A DNA stretch of 64,000 nt from positions 1,759,386 to 1,823,385 of the forward strand of contig CAVWJK010000003.1 in the NCBI GenBank assembly GCA_963755475.1. Reading direction: 5' to 3'. Both the position numbers and the translations under genes were made by a program. The stretch comes from an uncultured Solirubrobacteraceae bacterium (GTDB taxonomy: Bacteria > Actinomycetota > Thermoleophilia > Solirubrobacterales > Solirubrobacteraceae). Below the pieces are notes generated by a model. That model made no database searches. It was not told the DNA's origin and was given only the letters and a program-made list of their open reading frames with translations. This document shows, piece by piece, positions 41,124 to 50,379 of this stretch; positions within the stretch are counted from its first letter, which is position 1, and each line of letters opens with the position of its first letter.

Positions 41124-42298
41124 TCTCAAAGCAGGAACTGCTCCAACTGCGTGCCGAGTGGCAGCTCGACGTCGGCGTGATCGAAAAGGACTACGTGCTC
41201 GGGTGGCTGCTCGCCGCGATTTCCGTTGAGCCCGAGCTCTCACGGACCTGGATCTTTAAGGGTGGGACCTGTCTGCGTAAGTGCTACTACGAGACCTACC
41301 GGTTTTCCGAGGACCTTGACTTCACTGTGATCGACGGCGGTCCGACGGAGGCCGCACAGCTGACCGAGATCTTCCGCCGTGTCTCGGCATGGTTGTCTCA
41401 GGAGTCCGGGATCGATCTGATCGTCGAGGATGGCTGCTTCGCCGAGCGGCGCAATCTGCGGGACAACCCGACGGCTCAAGCGCGTATCTCCTACCGCGGG
41501 CCCAACCCGCAGCCGACGCTGCCCAAGATCAAGCTCGATATTACCGGCGATGAGGCGCTCGTGGAGACGCCCGTGCTGCGTGAGATCGTCCATCCTTACG
41601 GAGACGCGCCACTCCCAACGGATGGCGTGCTCTGCTACTCGATCACTGAGCTTGCGGCAGAGAAGACGCGAGCGCTGGCCGAGCGCTGTCGCCCTCGTGA
41701 TCTCTACGACGTCATCCACATGCACCGTCATCCCGATTTGCTCGGCGCGGCGGCGCGGGTGCGCGAGTCGTTGGTGCGCAAGTGTGAGTACGTCGGGATC
41801 GGAGTGCCGGACGCCGACGCGATTCGTGGCTCACAGTTCGCGCGCGAGATCGAGCAGGAGTGGGAGAACATGCTCGGCCATCAGCTTCCGCGGCCGCTGC
41901 CGCCGTTTGCTGAGTTCTGGAATGCACTTGGCCCGTTCTTCGGGTGGTTGGCCGGCGACCGGCCCGACATTCGGCTCGCACGCGCCGAGTTCGGCAAGGT
42001 CGATCCTGACTGGACTCCGCCGCGCGCGATCACCTCTTGGCGCCAGGGCATACCCCTGGAGACCATCCGTTATGCGGGCGCAAATCGCCTAATGGTCGAG
42101 ATCGACTATCGCGCAGAACGGGGACGTCAGGGACCACGCGTCGTCGAGCCCTATTCGCTACGCCTCACCCAGGACGGCAACCTTGTCCTGTTTGTCGTAA
42201 ACGACCACGGCGAGCTGCGTAGCTACAGGATCGACCGGATAGCGGGCGTACGGCCCACCTCGATCCCGTTCACGCCCCGGTTTGTCGTTGAGTTCTAG
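41120..42298 (+). CDS. AbiEii nucleotidyltransferase fused to a C-terminal WYL domain
   Basis: IEKDYVL, FKGGTCLRKCY, RFSEDLDF, AEKTRAL, RPRDLYD; then VEIDY..RVVEPYSL..LRSYRIDRI. Confidence 0.88.
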   Translation: MISKQELLQLRAEWQLDVGVIEKDYVLGWLLAAISVEPELSRTWIFKGGTCLRKCYYETYRFSEDLDFTVIDGGPTEAAQLTEIFRRVSAWLSQESGIDLIVEDGCFAERRNLRDNPTAQARISYRGPNPQPTLPKIKLDITGDEALVETPVLREIVHPYGDAPLPTDGVLCYSITELAAEKTRALAERCRPRDLYDVIHMHRHPDLLGAAARVRESLVRKCEYVGIGVPDADAIRGSQFAREIEQEWENMLGHQLPRPLPPFAEFWNALGPFFGWLAGDRPDIRLARAEFGKVDPDWTPPRAITSWRQGIPLETIRYAGANRLMVEIDYRAERGRQGPRVVEPYSLRLTQDGNLVLFVVNDHGELRSYRIDRIAGVRPTSIPFTPRFVVEF

Positions 42299-42504
42299 GC
42301 GCCCGCGTGCTGCTGCGATCACGGCCGAGACTCGATCACGCCCTCGCGAGGTTCGACTTGCCCGCCGTCTCGGAGATATTCGCTACCTCCGAGTAGCGCG
42401 AACTACCGCTCGGGCACCCGCCCGTTTGCGCCGGCAGGTCGCTCGGGCCGCGCACGCAAGTCCCGGCCTCGAGGCGCTTCGCGCGCTGCTCTGGCTGAAC
42501 GGAG

Positions 42505-44378
42505 CTAAGCAAGCTCGCCCTCCGACACCTCGTCCTCGTCGAAGAGCGGTGCTATGCCGGCCCGGACGTCGGCCGCCAAGTCGTCTGGCTCAGAATCGTC
42601 CGAGGATGCCTCCGCGGCCGGCGCGGAGATGCCGCAGGCGCGGCGGATCTCATCGATTAGAGCCGCCTGGCGCGCGTAAAGGAAGCGCTCAAAGAGGTCA
42701 GCCGCTTGCTCCTCGGTCAGGTTCTCACTGGCGCGCCCCATCAATGGCATGGTCGCTGCGTTTAGGAAATGCGGCTCGAGTAGCTCCGGCTGCGGACCAG
42801 TCGGTAAGATGTCGGCGTCGTTGATGTATTCGGCCGGGGCTTTGTCCTTGATCTTTCCGTTGGTCTCGTTCGAGATCAGTGTCCGGTTGGCGATCGTGTT
42901 GACGTCGACTTTCTTGGTGATTCCGTGGCGTTTGAGATAGGCCCGGGGGAAGATGTGGTGGTCCTGAAGCTCCTGCAACCGGATGTCCTCGCCGCGGCGC
43001 CAGTCGCGGGCGTTGCGCAGGGCAAGCAGGCAGAAGATGCCGCTATAGACGGCACTTGCATAGCTCGCTGAGTCGCGGACGCGAAAGCCGGGCGCGCCAA
43101 CGTAGTTCTGCGCTTCGCGGAACACCTCGGGCTCTGCTCCGCCCTCGAACCAGTGACGCGTCATCTCCTGGTAGTCCTTGCGCGACTTGCTCTCGACGGC
43201 GCTTGAGTACCGCTCCAGAAAGACGTTGCACCAGTACCAGCGGCGCAGCTCGTCGCGCTCGGCGTGTCCTAGCTTGTGGTCCTCGATCTCCGCGCGGAGC
43301 GCAGCGAGTATCGGGACGAGGCCATACCCGGGAAGCCACTTCTCGGCGAAGACCCCGAAGCCATCCGGCCCGACGAGCTCGATCATTCCGAGGGCTTTCT
43401 CGATGGCGGCGGCCGCGCGGCGCCAGTCCACCTCAAATCCATCAGGTTGAAGGTCGATGAGGATCCGCGGCTTTGGATCAAGCCCGCGCATCAGGGCGAG
43501 GGTGCGCAGGACGAGCACGCCGAACTTGTGCTCGTCGGCCTTGCCTTTGGACCACGCCTTGAGCCGGGGGTGGGCGGTGACAGCCTCTTTCCAAAGATCA
43601 TGCAGGCGGATGTCGGAGCGATATAGACGGGCCGTCAACAGGTCGTACACCGAGAGGTCCACGCCGGTGGAGTTGAGCTTCTCGAAGATGGCGCATACGC
43701 GCCCTATCGAGTCGTCCTCCTCGACGGGCGGAAGTTCAACAAGCGGGGCCTCAAAGGTCTGGAAGTCGATGACGGCAGTCGTCCAAGCGGTCTCGCCACT
43801 CAGCCCGGTAACGCTCAAGGTCCCCAGGAGTGGCCTCGCGCAACCAGTCCTCGAACCCGTGTAGCCAGTGCATGTAGCTGTGCTGGTCGAGCAGCACAGT
43901 GCAGGGCAGGATGCGCTGCTTGTACTGAACCTCAGCCATGTCGAGCCCCTGAAGGTCGCGTTTGGATCGCTCGAAGACGACCTCATCGCTGTCGGGCTCC
44001 TCAAGGAGGACGTCTAGGTTGACGAAAAACCAGCGGCGCTGGTTGGAGTGCTTCAGAGACAGGTCGGGCGCCGTGAGCGCGTACATCAGCGAGGACAGCC
44101 TTTGCTGACCGTCGAGGACCAAATAGCTCGGGGCGCGGGTCTTTGTACTGCGGCTGTGCGCCGCGTAGGAACTCCGGGGCGAACGGCGGGTCGTTGGGGT
44201 CGGACCGCAACAGCAGCAGGGAGCCAATGAAGTAGCCGCGGATGATCGAGCGCACGAGGTCGGCCACCTCCTCGCGCGTCCAGACGAAGTCGCGCTGGAA
44301 GTTTGGCAGGCAGATGGTGCCGTCGTACGCGTGCGCCACGAGCCCGACCACCTTGCGCTTGTCGGGAATGATCTCCAC
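42505..44378 (-). CDS. GmrSD-type restriction endonuclease (DUF262 plus DUF1524/HNH), two frameshifts
   Basis: LPNFQRDFVW, LDGQQRL, IFEKLNSTG, DHHIFP...ANRTLIS..TN. Confidence 0.87.
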
Positions 44379-44602
44379 GTCGGAACATCATATGGAGCGG
44401 ACTGGCCGGGCACCCGCGGCTCCGGTGGCGCCCACGCTTACCTACTTTGGGACGTCAATAACTCGCTTCAGAGCAGGACTGTTGCCCGCCGCAGGGGCTC
44501 GTTGGACATGAGCCAGATGCGGCGAGACCACCAAGATAAGGAAGGGCGTGTGCTCGATAAGCGCCCGTATGCCGACCGTCGGGCCCTCCCGAGGCGGCCA
44601 AA

Positions 44603-44777
44603 GCTGCGATCCCTCTGCGGTCCGTTTCGGCACCCGCTGCGGTCCGCGTGCGGTCCCGAGTCCCACAAACCAGCGAAACCTGTCATGCGAGGCTCAGCGT
44701 TTTCGGGGAGTTTCGCCCCTGTTCGCGAGTTTTCGCAGACAAAAAATATCGGGGCGCCGAGATTCGAACTCGGGTAC
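44603..44777. repeat. att-like junction 6 with a tRNA-Pro 3' fragment (T-arm plus acceptor strand, 44748-44774)
   Basis: Minus strand reads CCGAG-TTCGAAT-CTCGG-CGCCCCGAT; TGCG(G/A)TCC at 44605, 44616, 44638 and 44649. Confidence 0.9.
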
Positions 44778-44801
44778 TAACCCTCCCGCTCCCGTCTCCA
44801 T

Positions 44802-45051
44802 AGACGGGGCTGGTAGCGCCTGGGCATCAGGGACGTGGGCCCGGTTCCTTTACGGGCCGCAAAAGCCCCTACGGTTTCGAAATAGAGACGGAGCTGGTAG
44901 CGCTGGGGCAGTAGGAGGGCGGGCTAGGCATTGCACGAACGGTAGGGGCGAGCGCGCGGCTGACCGCCCGCTTTTTCCACCGCACACCACGGTCCGCTGC
45001 CTCTTAAGAGACAGGTTCCGGTACGGGCCGAAAACGCCCCTACGGTATCGA
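44802..45051. repeat. Two pairs of imperfect direct repeats upstream of the integrase
   Basis: AGACGG.GCTGGTAGCGC at 44802 and 44886; GGTTCC..TACGGGCCG.AAA.GCCCCTACGGT.TCGA at 44843 and 45014. Confidence 0.75.
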
Positions 45052-45103
45052 CATGTCCCTTCCCAGATGGCTCATACCAACCGCTACTACGGAGGTATGA
45101 GCA

Positions 45104-46207
45104 ATGTCCGTCACCGAAGTCAAACGCGAAATTCCCACCGTCGCACGAGCGGTCGAGCTGTTCATCCAGGCTCGCCAGAACCAATACACCAACGGGTTTG
45201 TGTCTGTCCTATCCGGCCCGCGCTCAGGTCGCGTCGTGGGAAGGCGCGCCGCCGGCGTAACACTTGCACGCTCAGAGCTTGGCGGACTACGCTTCAATCG
45301 GGTGAAGGGTCATGACTTCGTGGCGTGGCTGCACCAACGGCACGACGGTCTCGCGCCTAGCAGTTTCAAGAATGGCCGTGCTGCCCTCTCTGGCTTGTTG
45401 CAGTTTGCAATCGAAAACGAATGGGCCGACGACACGGTGTTTGCCGGCTGGCCGCAGGCGAAACCGAGTCCTGAACGCCGCGACTGGCTCCGTCCCGAGC
45501 AGGTTACGGCGCTGGGCGCGTTCGTCACGGAGCGTCACTTCTCGCCGCAACAGTGCTTTACATGGTGGGCCGCTCTAAACTCGGGGGCGCGCACAGAGGA
45601 GCTGATAACTTTTCAGCCTCGCGCCCTCAACTCCCTGGACGGGAGCCTGAAGATTATCGGCAAGGGCAAAAAGCTCCGCTACGTGCCCGTGAGTCCTGAG
45701 TTCCAGGCCGAATGGCGGACCTATGAGCGCGCACACTCATTGCGTCCGTCAGCGTGGATGTTCCCTTCGACGGCGGTGCGGTTCGTTGATGGCAAGCACA
45801 ACGAGCGCATAACCGATGCGAGCAAACATTGCTCCGCAAAGGCCGCTCTCACCGTGACTGGCAAGGTAAGGAAGCTTGCCCACCAGGCCGTGGAAAGAGG
45901 ACAATTGGACGACACCCTCCTACCGCCATTTGACCTCACCCTCCAGGTGTTGCGCCGAACCTTCGCCTGTACCAACCTCATCGCCCATGCGCTACTTGGC
46001 CCCGGTCACGGCATGGACCTACGCACCCTTCAGCGTGCGATGGGTCACTCGTCGTTGGAGACGACCGCAATCTATCTAAACGACGTTGACGACTACATCA
46101 ACCGCCACCGCAGGCCACAGAGCGTGTCCGAAAGTGCGCGCGAATTGGCAGCGCTGGTCAGCGCCAACGGCACGGCACCCGTCGCCCCGGCGCCGCAGCA
46201 CCCGTAA
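45104..46207 (+). CDS. Tyrosine recombinase/integrase
   Basis: SGARTEEL (R), GKGKK (K), QVLRRTFA (HxxR variant), MGHSSLETTAIY (H, Y). Confidence 0.92.
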   Translation: MSVTEVKREIPTVARAVELFIQARQNQYTNGFVSVLSGPRSGRVVGRRAAGVTLARSELGGLRFNRVKGHDFVAWLHQRHDGLAPSSFKNGRAALSGLLQFAIENEWADDTVFAGWPQAKPSPERRDWLRPEQVTALGAFVTERHFSPQQCFTWWAALNSGARTEELITFQPRALNSLDGSLKIIGKGKKLRYVPVSPEFQAEWRTYERAHSLRPSAWMFPSTAVRFVDGKHNERITDASKHCSAKAALTVTGKVRKLAHQAVERGQLDDTLLPPFDLTLQVLRRTFACTNLIAHALLGPGHGMDLRTLQRAMGHSSLETTAIYLNDVDDYINRHRRPQSVSESARELAALVSANGTAPVAPAPQHP

Positions 46208-46267
46208 AAGTGCCCCGGAATGCCGTGCGCTCCTGCACTCTCGTAGAAATACGAACAAGGAGTTGCA

Positions 46268-46548
46268 TGATGTTGATATTGAAAGCGAAGTTTCTGAGTA
46301 CCCGCGAACTACCGAGCAACGGCGACTATCCGCCGTCCGTACTCGCCACAGTTCTCGATGACGGCGAGACCTTGAATCTCGTCGTCCTGGACGCCGAGAC
46401 CGGCACTCGCCTAGCCGCTGTCAAAGAGCTAGAGCCGGTCATTCTTCGCCTCCGATGGAGGCGGGTCGCGCTCTCGCCTCCGACGGGGCGCGGCAATGCC
46501 TATCGCCTCCAAGTGGTCGGCATTGCCGACGTGAAGGAGGTGTTCTAG
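46268..46548 (+). CDS. Small beta-rich protein, possible ssDNA-binding (OB-fold) protein
   Basis: RBS AAGGAG; about 92 aa with alternating hydrophobic strands; lies upstream of rep. Confidence 0.5.
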
Positions 46549-46908
46549 ATGGCGCCCAAGCGCAGCAGACACAGATGGCCGTTCCCAGACCAACCCACAT
46601 CGCCGTATCGCGACGTGCAGCTCGCTGCGCACCGGGCCTGCATTACTGACCCCAAAATCGCGCCGCGGGGATTTAATGATGTTCTACGCGCGGTTTGGCG
46701 CAGCCTCCGCGCGCCCCGGACGACTCCGACGCCCGATGAGTTCAGCGAGGCTATGGAAGGACTCTACGACCTGCTACGCGAGGCGGCGATGCCCGACGGC
46801 GTAGCCGTAGTCGAAGACGACGAGCGGCAGGCTGTATATCGAACCGCGATGAGTCATCTTGACGAGCTGTACGAAGTAGCTCGCACGTCGGGCCTGCTTG
46901 TGGAATGA
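46549..46908 (+). CDS. Hypothetical protein
   Basis: RBS AAGGAGG; abuts the previous stop codon. Confidence 0.6.
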   Translation: MAPKRSRHRWPFPDQPTSPYRDVQLAAHRACITDPKIAPRGFNDVLRAVWRSLRAPRTTPTPDEFSEAMEGLYDLLREAAMPDGVAVVEDDERQAVYRTAMSHLDELYEVARTSGLLVE

Positions 46909-46909
46909 C

Positions 46910-47126
46910 CGTCGGCTACGGCCCAACCTGACCGATAAACAACCGCGCCGTCACGGAGGCTGTCACCCGTAGGGCGGCCAAGCCGAGGGCGAAGCCCTTG
47001 ATGGCACCGTGAGGCGTGGTATGCCCGCCGCAGGCGAGGCCGCGAGGCCGAGCCGAGGCGGGACCGCCCCGAAGGGGCGGCCACCAAAGAGAGCTGAAAC
47101 GCCCGTGCGCGTGGCAGGCTTGACCT
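46910..47126. other. Hairpin-rich intergenic region, candidate replication origin
   Basis: AGGGC-GAA-GCCCT near 46986 and CCGCCCC-GAA-GGGGCGG at 47064-47080, directly before rep. Confidence 0.55.
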
Positions 47127-47831
47127 ATGCCGGATGACCTCTTCAACATTTCCTTGAATGCGACCGTAGGGAGCATTACGAATAAGTGTGAAAACAAGTC
47201 ACCGTTCGAGTGCTCAAACCTTTTTTGGCTCACTTGCCTCAACCACGGCGAAGACATCACCGTGCGGTGCAAAAGATGGCGGGTTTGTCCTGGGTGCGCA
47301 CTTTGGAAGCAGATGACGCTCACACAGCGGCTCATCGCAGGCGTTGAGAACGTACCGGCTGACAAGGTGCCGATGTTCTTTACGCTCACGTTCCCGCTCG
47401 CCCTCGCTCCCAACGAATCCGAAGCGCACCGCGCTTGGCGCTCGCTCGTCGCACGCCTCCGCTACCGGGGCTATCTCAGCGCATACGGGTGGGTGCTGCA
47501 ACGCCAGCGGAACGGAACGCTGCACTTCCACGGCATCGCGCACCTACCGTGGTTCGCCGACGGCCTGGCCGAGTGGCGCAAGCTGCTGGTCAAGAGCGGG
47601 TTCGGCATTCAGAACAAGCTCGTTGTCGCCAAGCGTCAGCACGCGGGCTACTGCGCCAAGTACATCTCCACACGTCTAGCCGAGCTTGCGCCGTTGCACC
47701 GAGCCTACGGATTCTCTGCTGACTTCCCTCAGCCGAAGGCCGTAACGGACCGAGCAGAGTTGGCCGAGCGCTACGGCATCGTACTGGATAGCGACTGCAC
47801 CTGGGTGCCGTCGTATGAGCTGTATAGCTGA
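47127..47831 (+). CDS. HUH rolling-circle replication initiator (Rep)
   Basis: Cys cluster CKRWRVCPGC; motif I FFTLT; motif II QRNGTLHFHGI; motif III YCAKY. Confidence 0.87.
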   Translation: MPDDLFNISLNATVGSITNKCENKSPFECSNLFWLTCLNHGEDITVRCKRWRVCPGCALWKQMTLTQRLIAGVENVPADKVPMFFTLTFPLALAPNESEAHRAWRSLVARLRYRGYLSAYGWVLQRQRNGTLHFHGIAHLPWFADGLAEWRKLLVKSGFGIQNKLVVAKRQHAGYCAKYISTRLAELAPLHRAYGFSADFPQPKAVTDRAELAERYGIVLDSDCTWVPSYELYS

Positions 47832-47870
47832 CCCGCACACTCCTGGTCTTGGCGTAGTCCGAGCGCGTTC

Positions 47871-48431
47871 TCACTTCAGCCTATAGGCGCCATGCTCTCC
47901 GGCGATGGTCCAAATTTCGTCAACGCCTTCATTCCATTTCGTCTTCGCTGCTTCTAGCTGGGTCGTAAAGTGCGCTAGCGTCGCGGGGTTTGGATTTCCC
48001 GTGTAGGCAACCAGACCGCCCATCGCGTTCTTGAGTTCGTTAGCGCCTTCCGAAAGCGTCACCGTAGCGTCAGAGAGCTTTTCGTTGCCTCCCGACGTCA
48101 CTAGTTCGCTGCGAAAGCCTTCGATTTCGTTGTGGGCTCCTTGCGCAACTTTGGCGAGTTCGTCAATCACCGTGCTGCTTTCATTTCCCGATTTGGTGAG
48201 CAACCCGACAAGCAGCGCGACGTGTTCGTAATCGACCCTGCCGATGTTGATGACGTGGCTTTTCTGCGAGATGTATTCCTGCGCTTCCTTCTGCGGCGAC
48301 GTACTTTTCCCGCCGCTGCCAGCAGCGACCGCAATGATGATGACGACCACAACAACGATGAACGCGAGGCAGCCGCATCCCGTCCGTGTGTTGCCTTTGG
48401 CTTTCGCCGGTGCTCCCCCTTGTGCGGCCAT
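47871..48431 (-). CDS. Membrane-anchored helical hypothetical protein
   Basis: GCGCLAFIVVVVVIIIAVAAG TM helix followed by a helical domain. Confidence 0.75.
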   Translation of the reverse strand: MAAQGGAPAKAKGNTRTGCGCLAFIVVVVVIIIAVAAGSGGKSTSPQKEAQEYISQKSHVINIGRVDYEHVALLVGLLTKSGNESSTVIDELAKVAQGAHNEIEGFRSELVTSGGNEKLSDATVTLSEGANELKNAMGGLVAYTGNPNPATLAHFTTQLEAAKTKWNEGVDEIWTIAGEHGAYRLK

Positions 48432-48435
48432 CGCG

Positions 48436-49041
48436 CTAACAGTTTGTTCCGGGGGAAGATGGAGCGAGGCTCATGATGGCGGTAGTGACGTTGCTTGCGC
48501 TGTAGGCCGATTCGCCATTTGTGCCTTCGCTGAAAAGGTCGATGCCCATGACGCCTCGCCCATCCCCAACCTTTGGATTGGCGAACCATCGACCCAGCGT
48601 GGCGCTCTGCACGTTCCATAGCCCGCATGAGCCTGTCGAAGTGTGCGCCACCGTGAAGGAGGTCGTTCGGGTATCGCTGGGCAGCAGCTGTTGGACAGCC
48701 TTCTTTGCAGCCGCCGCAGAAGTGCCGTCCGGGAAGGACTGTTCGTAGCCGTCGATGCGCCCTTCTGGCGTCGTCGTTACAAGCCTGAATTCGTGGGTGC
48801 CTTCCGAGTTGATGGTTGGGCCGTAGCAGGTGCCAGCGCTGCAACCGCTCGTCTCCTTCGGATGCGCTGATTCCCAGTTGGCTTTCGGCGCCCCGAGGCC
48901 GGTCCATGTTTCCGAGAGTCCCTTTGCGGCGGTCGTGCTATCGGTGCCGCTGCTAGAGCTTCCGCAACCGGCTACGCCCCCAACCAGCGCGACGAACCCG
49001 GCGACGAGAGTCAGCGGCAGCAATATTTGATTGTGACTCAT
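48436..49041 (-). CDS. Putative lipoprotein
   Basis: Lipobox VAGC followed by a Ser-rich linker. Confidence 0.75.
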   Translation of the reverse strand: MSHNQILLPLTLVAGFVALVGGVAGCGSSSSGTDSTTAAKGLSETWTGLGAPKANWESAHPKETSGCSAGTCYGPTINSEGTHEFRLVTTTPEGRIDGYEQSFPDGTSAAAAKKAVQQLLPSDTRTTSFTVAHTSTGSCGLWNVQSATLGRWFANPKVGDGRGVMGIDLFSEGTNGESAYSASNVTTAIMSLAPSSPGTNC

Positions 49042-49248
49042 CGCACGGACTCTATACCGAGCCCGCGACGCACTGCTGCCCGCGTCTGCGCAGGCGCCGA
49101 GTCCCGCGCGCACTCTCCGCGATGCCGAGTGCTACCCCATCCACCGCGCCCGCGCGCCAGCCTGCGAGCCAGACCACCAAGCAGCCTGGTTCAACTACCC
49201 CCGCTATGTACCTTTCCGCACAAGTATAATATGGCTGTGAGCCATCAA

Positions 49249-49322
49249 TCGGGGCGCCCGGATTCGAACCGGGGACCTCGCCGACCCGAACGGCGCGCGC
49301 TACCAGGCTGCGCCACGCCCCG
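49249..49322 (-). tRNA. tRNA-Pro (anticodon CGG), CCA not encoded
   Basis: CGGGGCG acceptor stem, anticodon arm CGCCG-TTCGGGT-CGGCG, T-arm CCCGG-TTCGAAT-CCGGG. Confidence 0.97.
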
Positions 49323-49454
49323 ACGCACCGCCAGTATCCCATACCGGGCTTCGCCAGCCGGACCTGGCCCTGCCCGCCTGCGCGCAGGACTCCTCCCACC
49401 GACTACTGACGCCTACCCGCACACGCAGCCCGCTGCGCCGGATATCGTCGCAAG

Positions 49455-50221
49455 GTGCCCGCACTCACGTCCGACATCCTCGCCGAGCTCGACCGCCTGC
49501 TTGAGCCCGCTCGCTTCAGCGACTACTGCGTCAACGGCCTGCAGGTACCCGGGCCCGACCAGGTCGGACACCTCGCCACCGGCGTGTCCGCCGGCGCGCA
49601 GTTGTTCGAGCTCGCCGCCGCCGAGCACGCCGGCCTGCTGCTCGTCCACCACGGCCTCTTCTGGGGCCCAGGCGTCCAGGCGATCGACGCCGTGCTCGCA
49701 CGCCGGCTGCAGACTCCTGTTCGACGCGCGACATCGCGCTGGCCGCCTACCACCTGCCGCTCGACGCCCACCCCGAACTCGGCAACAACGCGCTGCTGGC
49801 CCACGCGCTCGGCGCCGAGCAGCTCGAGCCGTTCGCGCTGCACCACGGCCAGCCGATCGGCTGCCTCGCCACGCTGCCCGGCCACGGCATGCCCGCCGAG
49901 GATCTGTTCGCGCGCGTGCGCGACATCACCGCCCGCGAGCCGCTCGTGTTCGGCGCCGGCCCCGCCCACGTGCGTCGCCTCGCGATCGTGTCAGGCGCCG
50001 GCGGCGACTACCTCGCCGATGCCGCCGCTGCCGGCGCAGACGCCCTGCTCACCGGCGAAGTGCCCGAGCGCGCGATGGCCCACGCGCGCGAGCTTGGTTT
50101 GCATCTGATCGCCGCCGGGCACTATGCAACCGAGACGTTCGGGGTGCGGCGGCTCGGCGACCTGCTCGCCCAGCGTTTTGGTTTGCGCCACGTCTTTCTT
50201 GATGTCCCAAACCCTGTCTAA
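49455..50221 (+). CDS. Nif3-like dinuclear metal protein, frameshifted
   Basis: DYCVNGLQV, LVHHGLFW, YHLPLDAHPELGNN, AAGHYATETFG. Confidence 0.9.
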
Positions 50222-50379
50222 GCTGGACGCCCGCAACATCGATGTCTCTCATTGTCAATCCAATAATCGATCCGTCATGCTGCCCGAAATCCGGCGCTCG
50301 CGCGCACGTTCGAGCGCATCAGGTCACCAGCCACTACCATTGACATGTCCGCTTGACTGATCAAGGAGGAGAGTCTCTG

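Larger units (their letters stand above)
29443..49248. mobile_element. Tandem array of six att-bounded modules at the 3' end of tRNA-Pro
   Basis: Six same-orientation cores plus the tRNA itself; spacings 1035, 4573, 3098, 1763, 4836 and 4500 bp. Confidence 0.85.
44748..49248. mobile_element. 4.5-kb integrated element with tyrosine integrase and rolling-circle Rep
   Basis: Bounded by the tRNA fragment and the intact tRNA; gene order int, two small ORFs, hairpin-rich gap, rep, two cargo genes. Confidence 0.85.

Noticed and set aside
44400-44600. Possible integrase remnant at the end of the GmrSD module
   Set aside because: No recombinase motif is recognisable in the translations examined.
29443-44777. 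Repeats as a CRISPR array or classical integron attC sites
   Set aside because: Spacing is in kilobases, no cas genes are present, and the cores match the tRNA end rather than attC R boxes.
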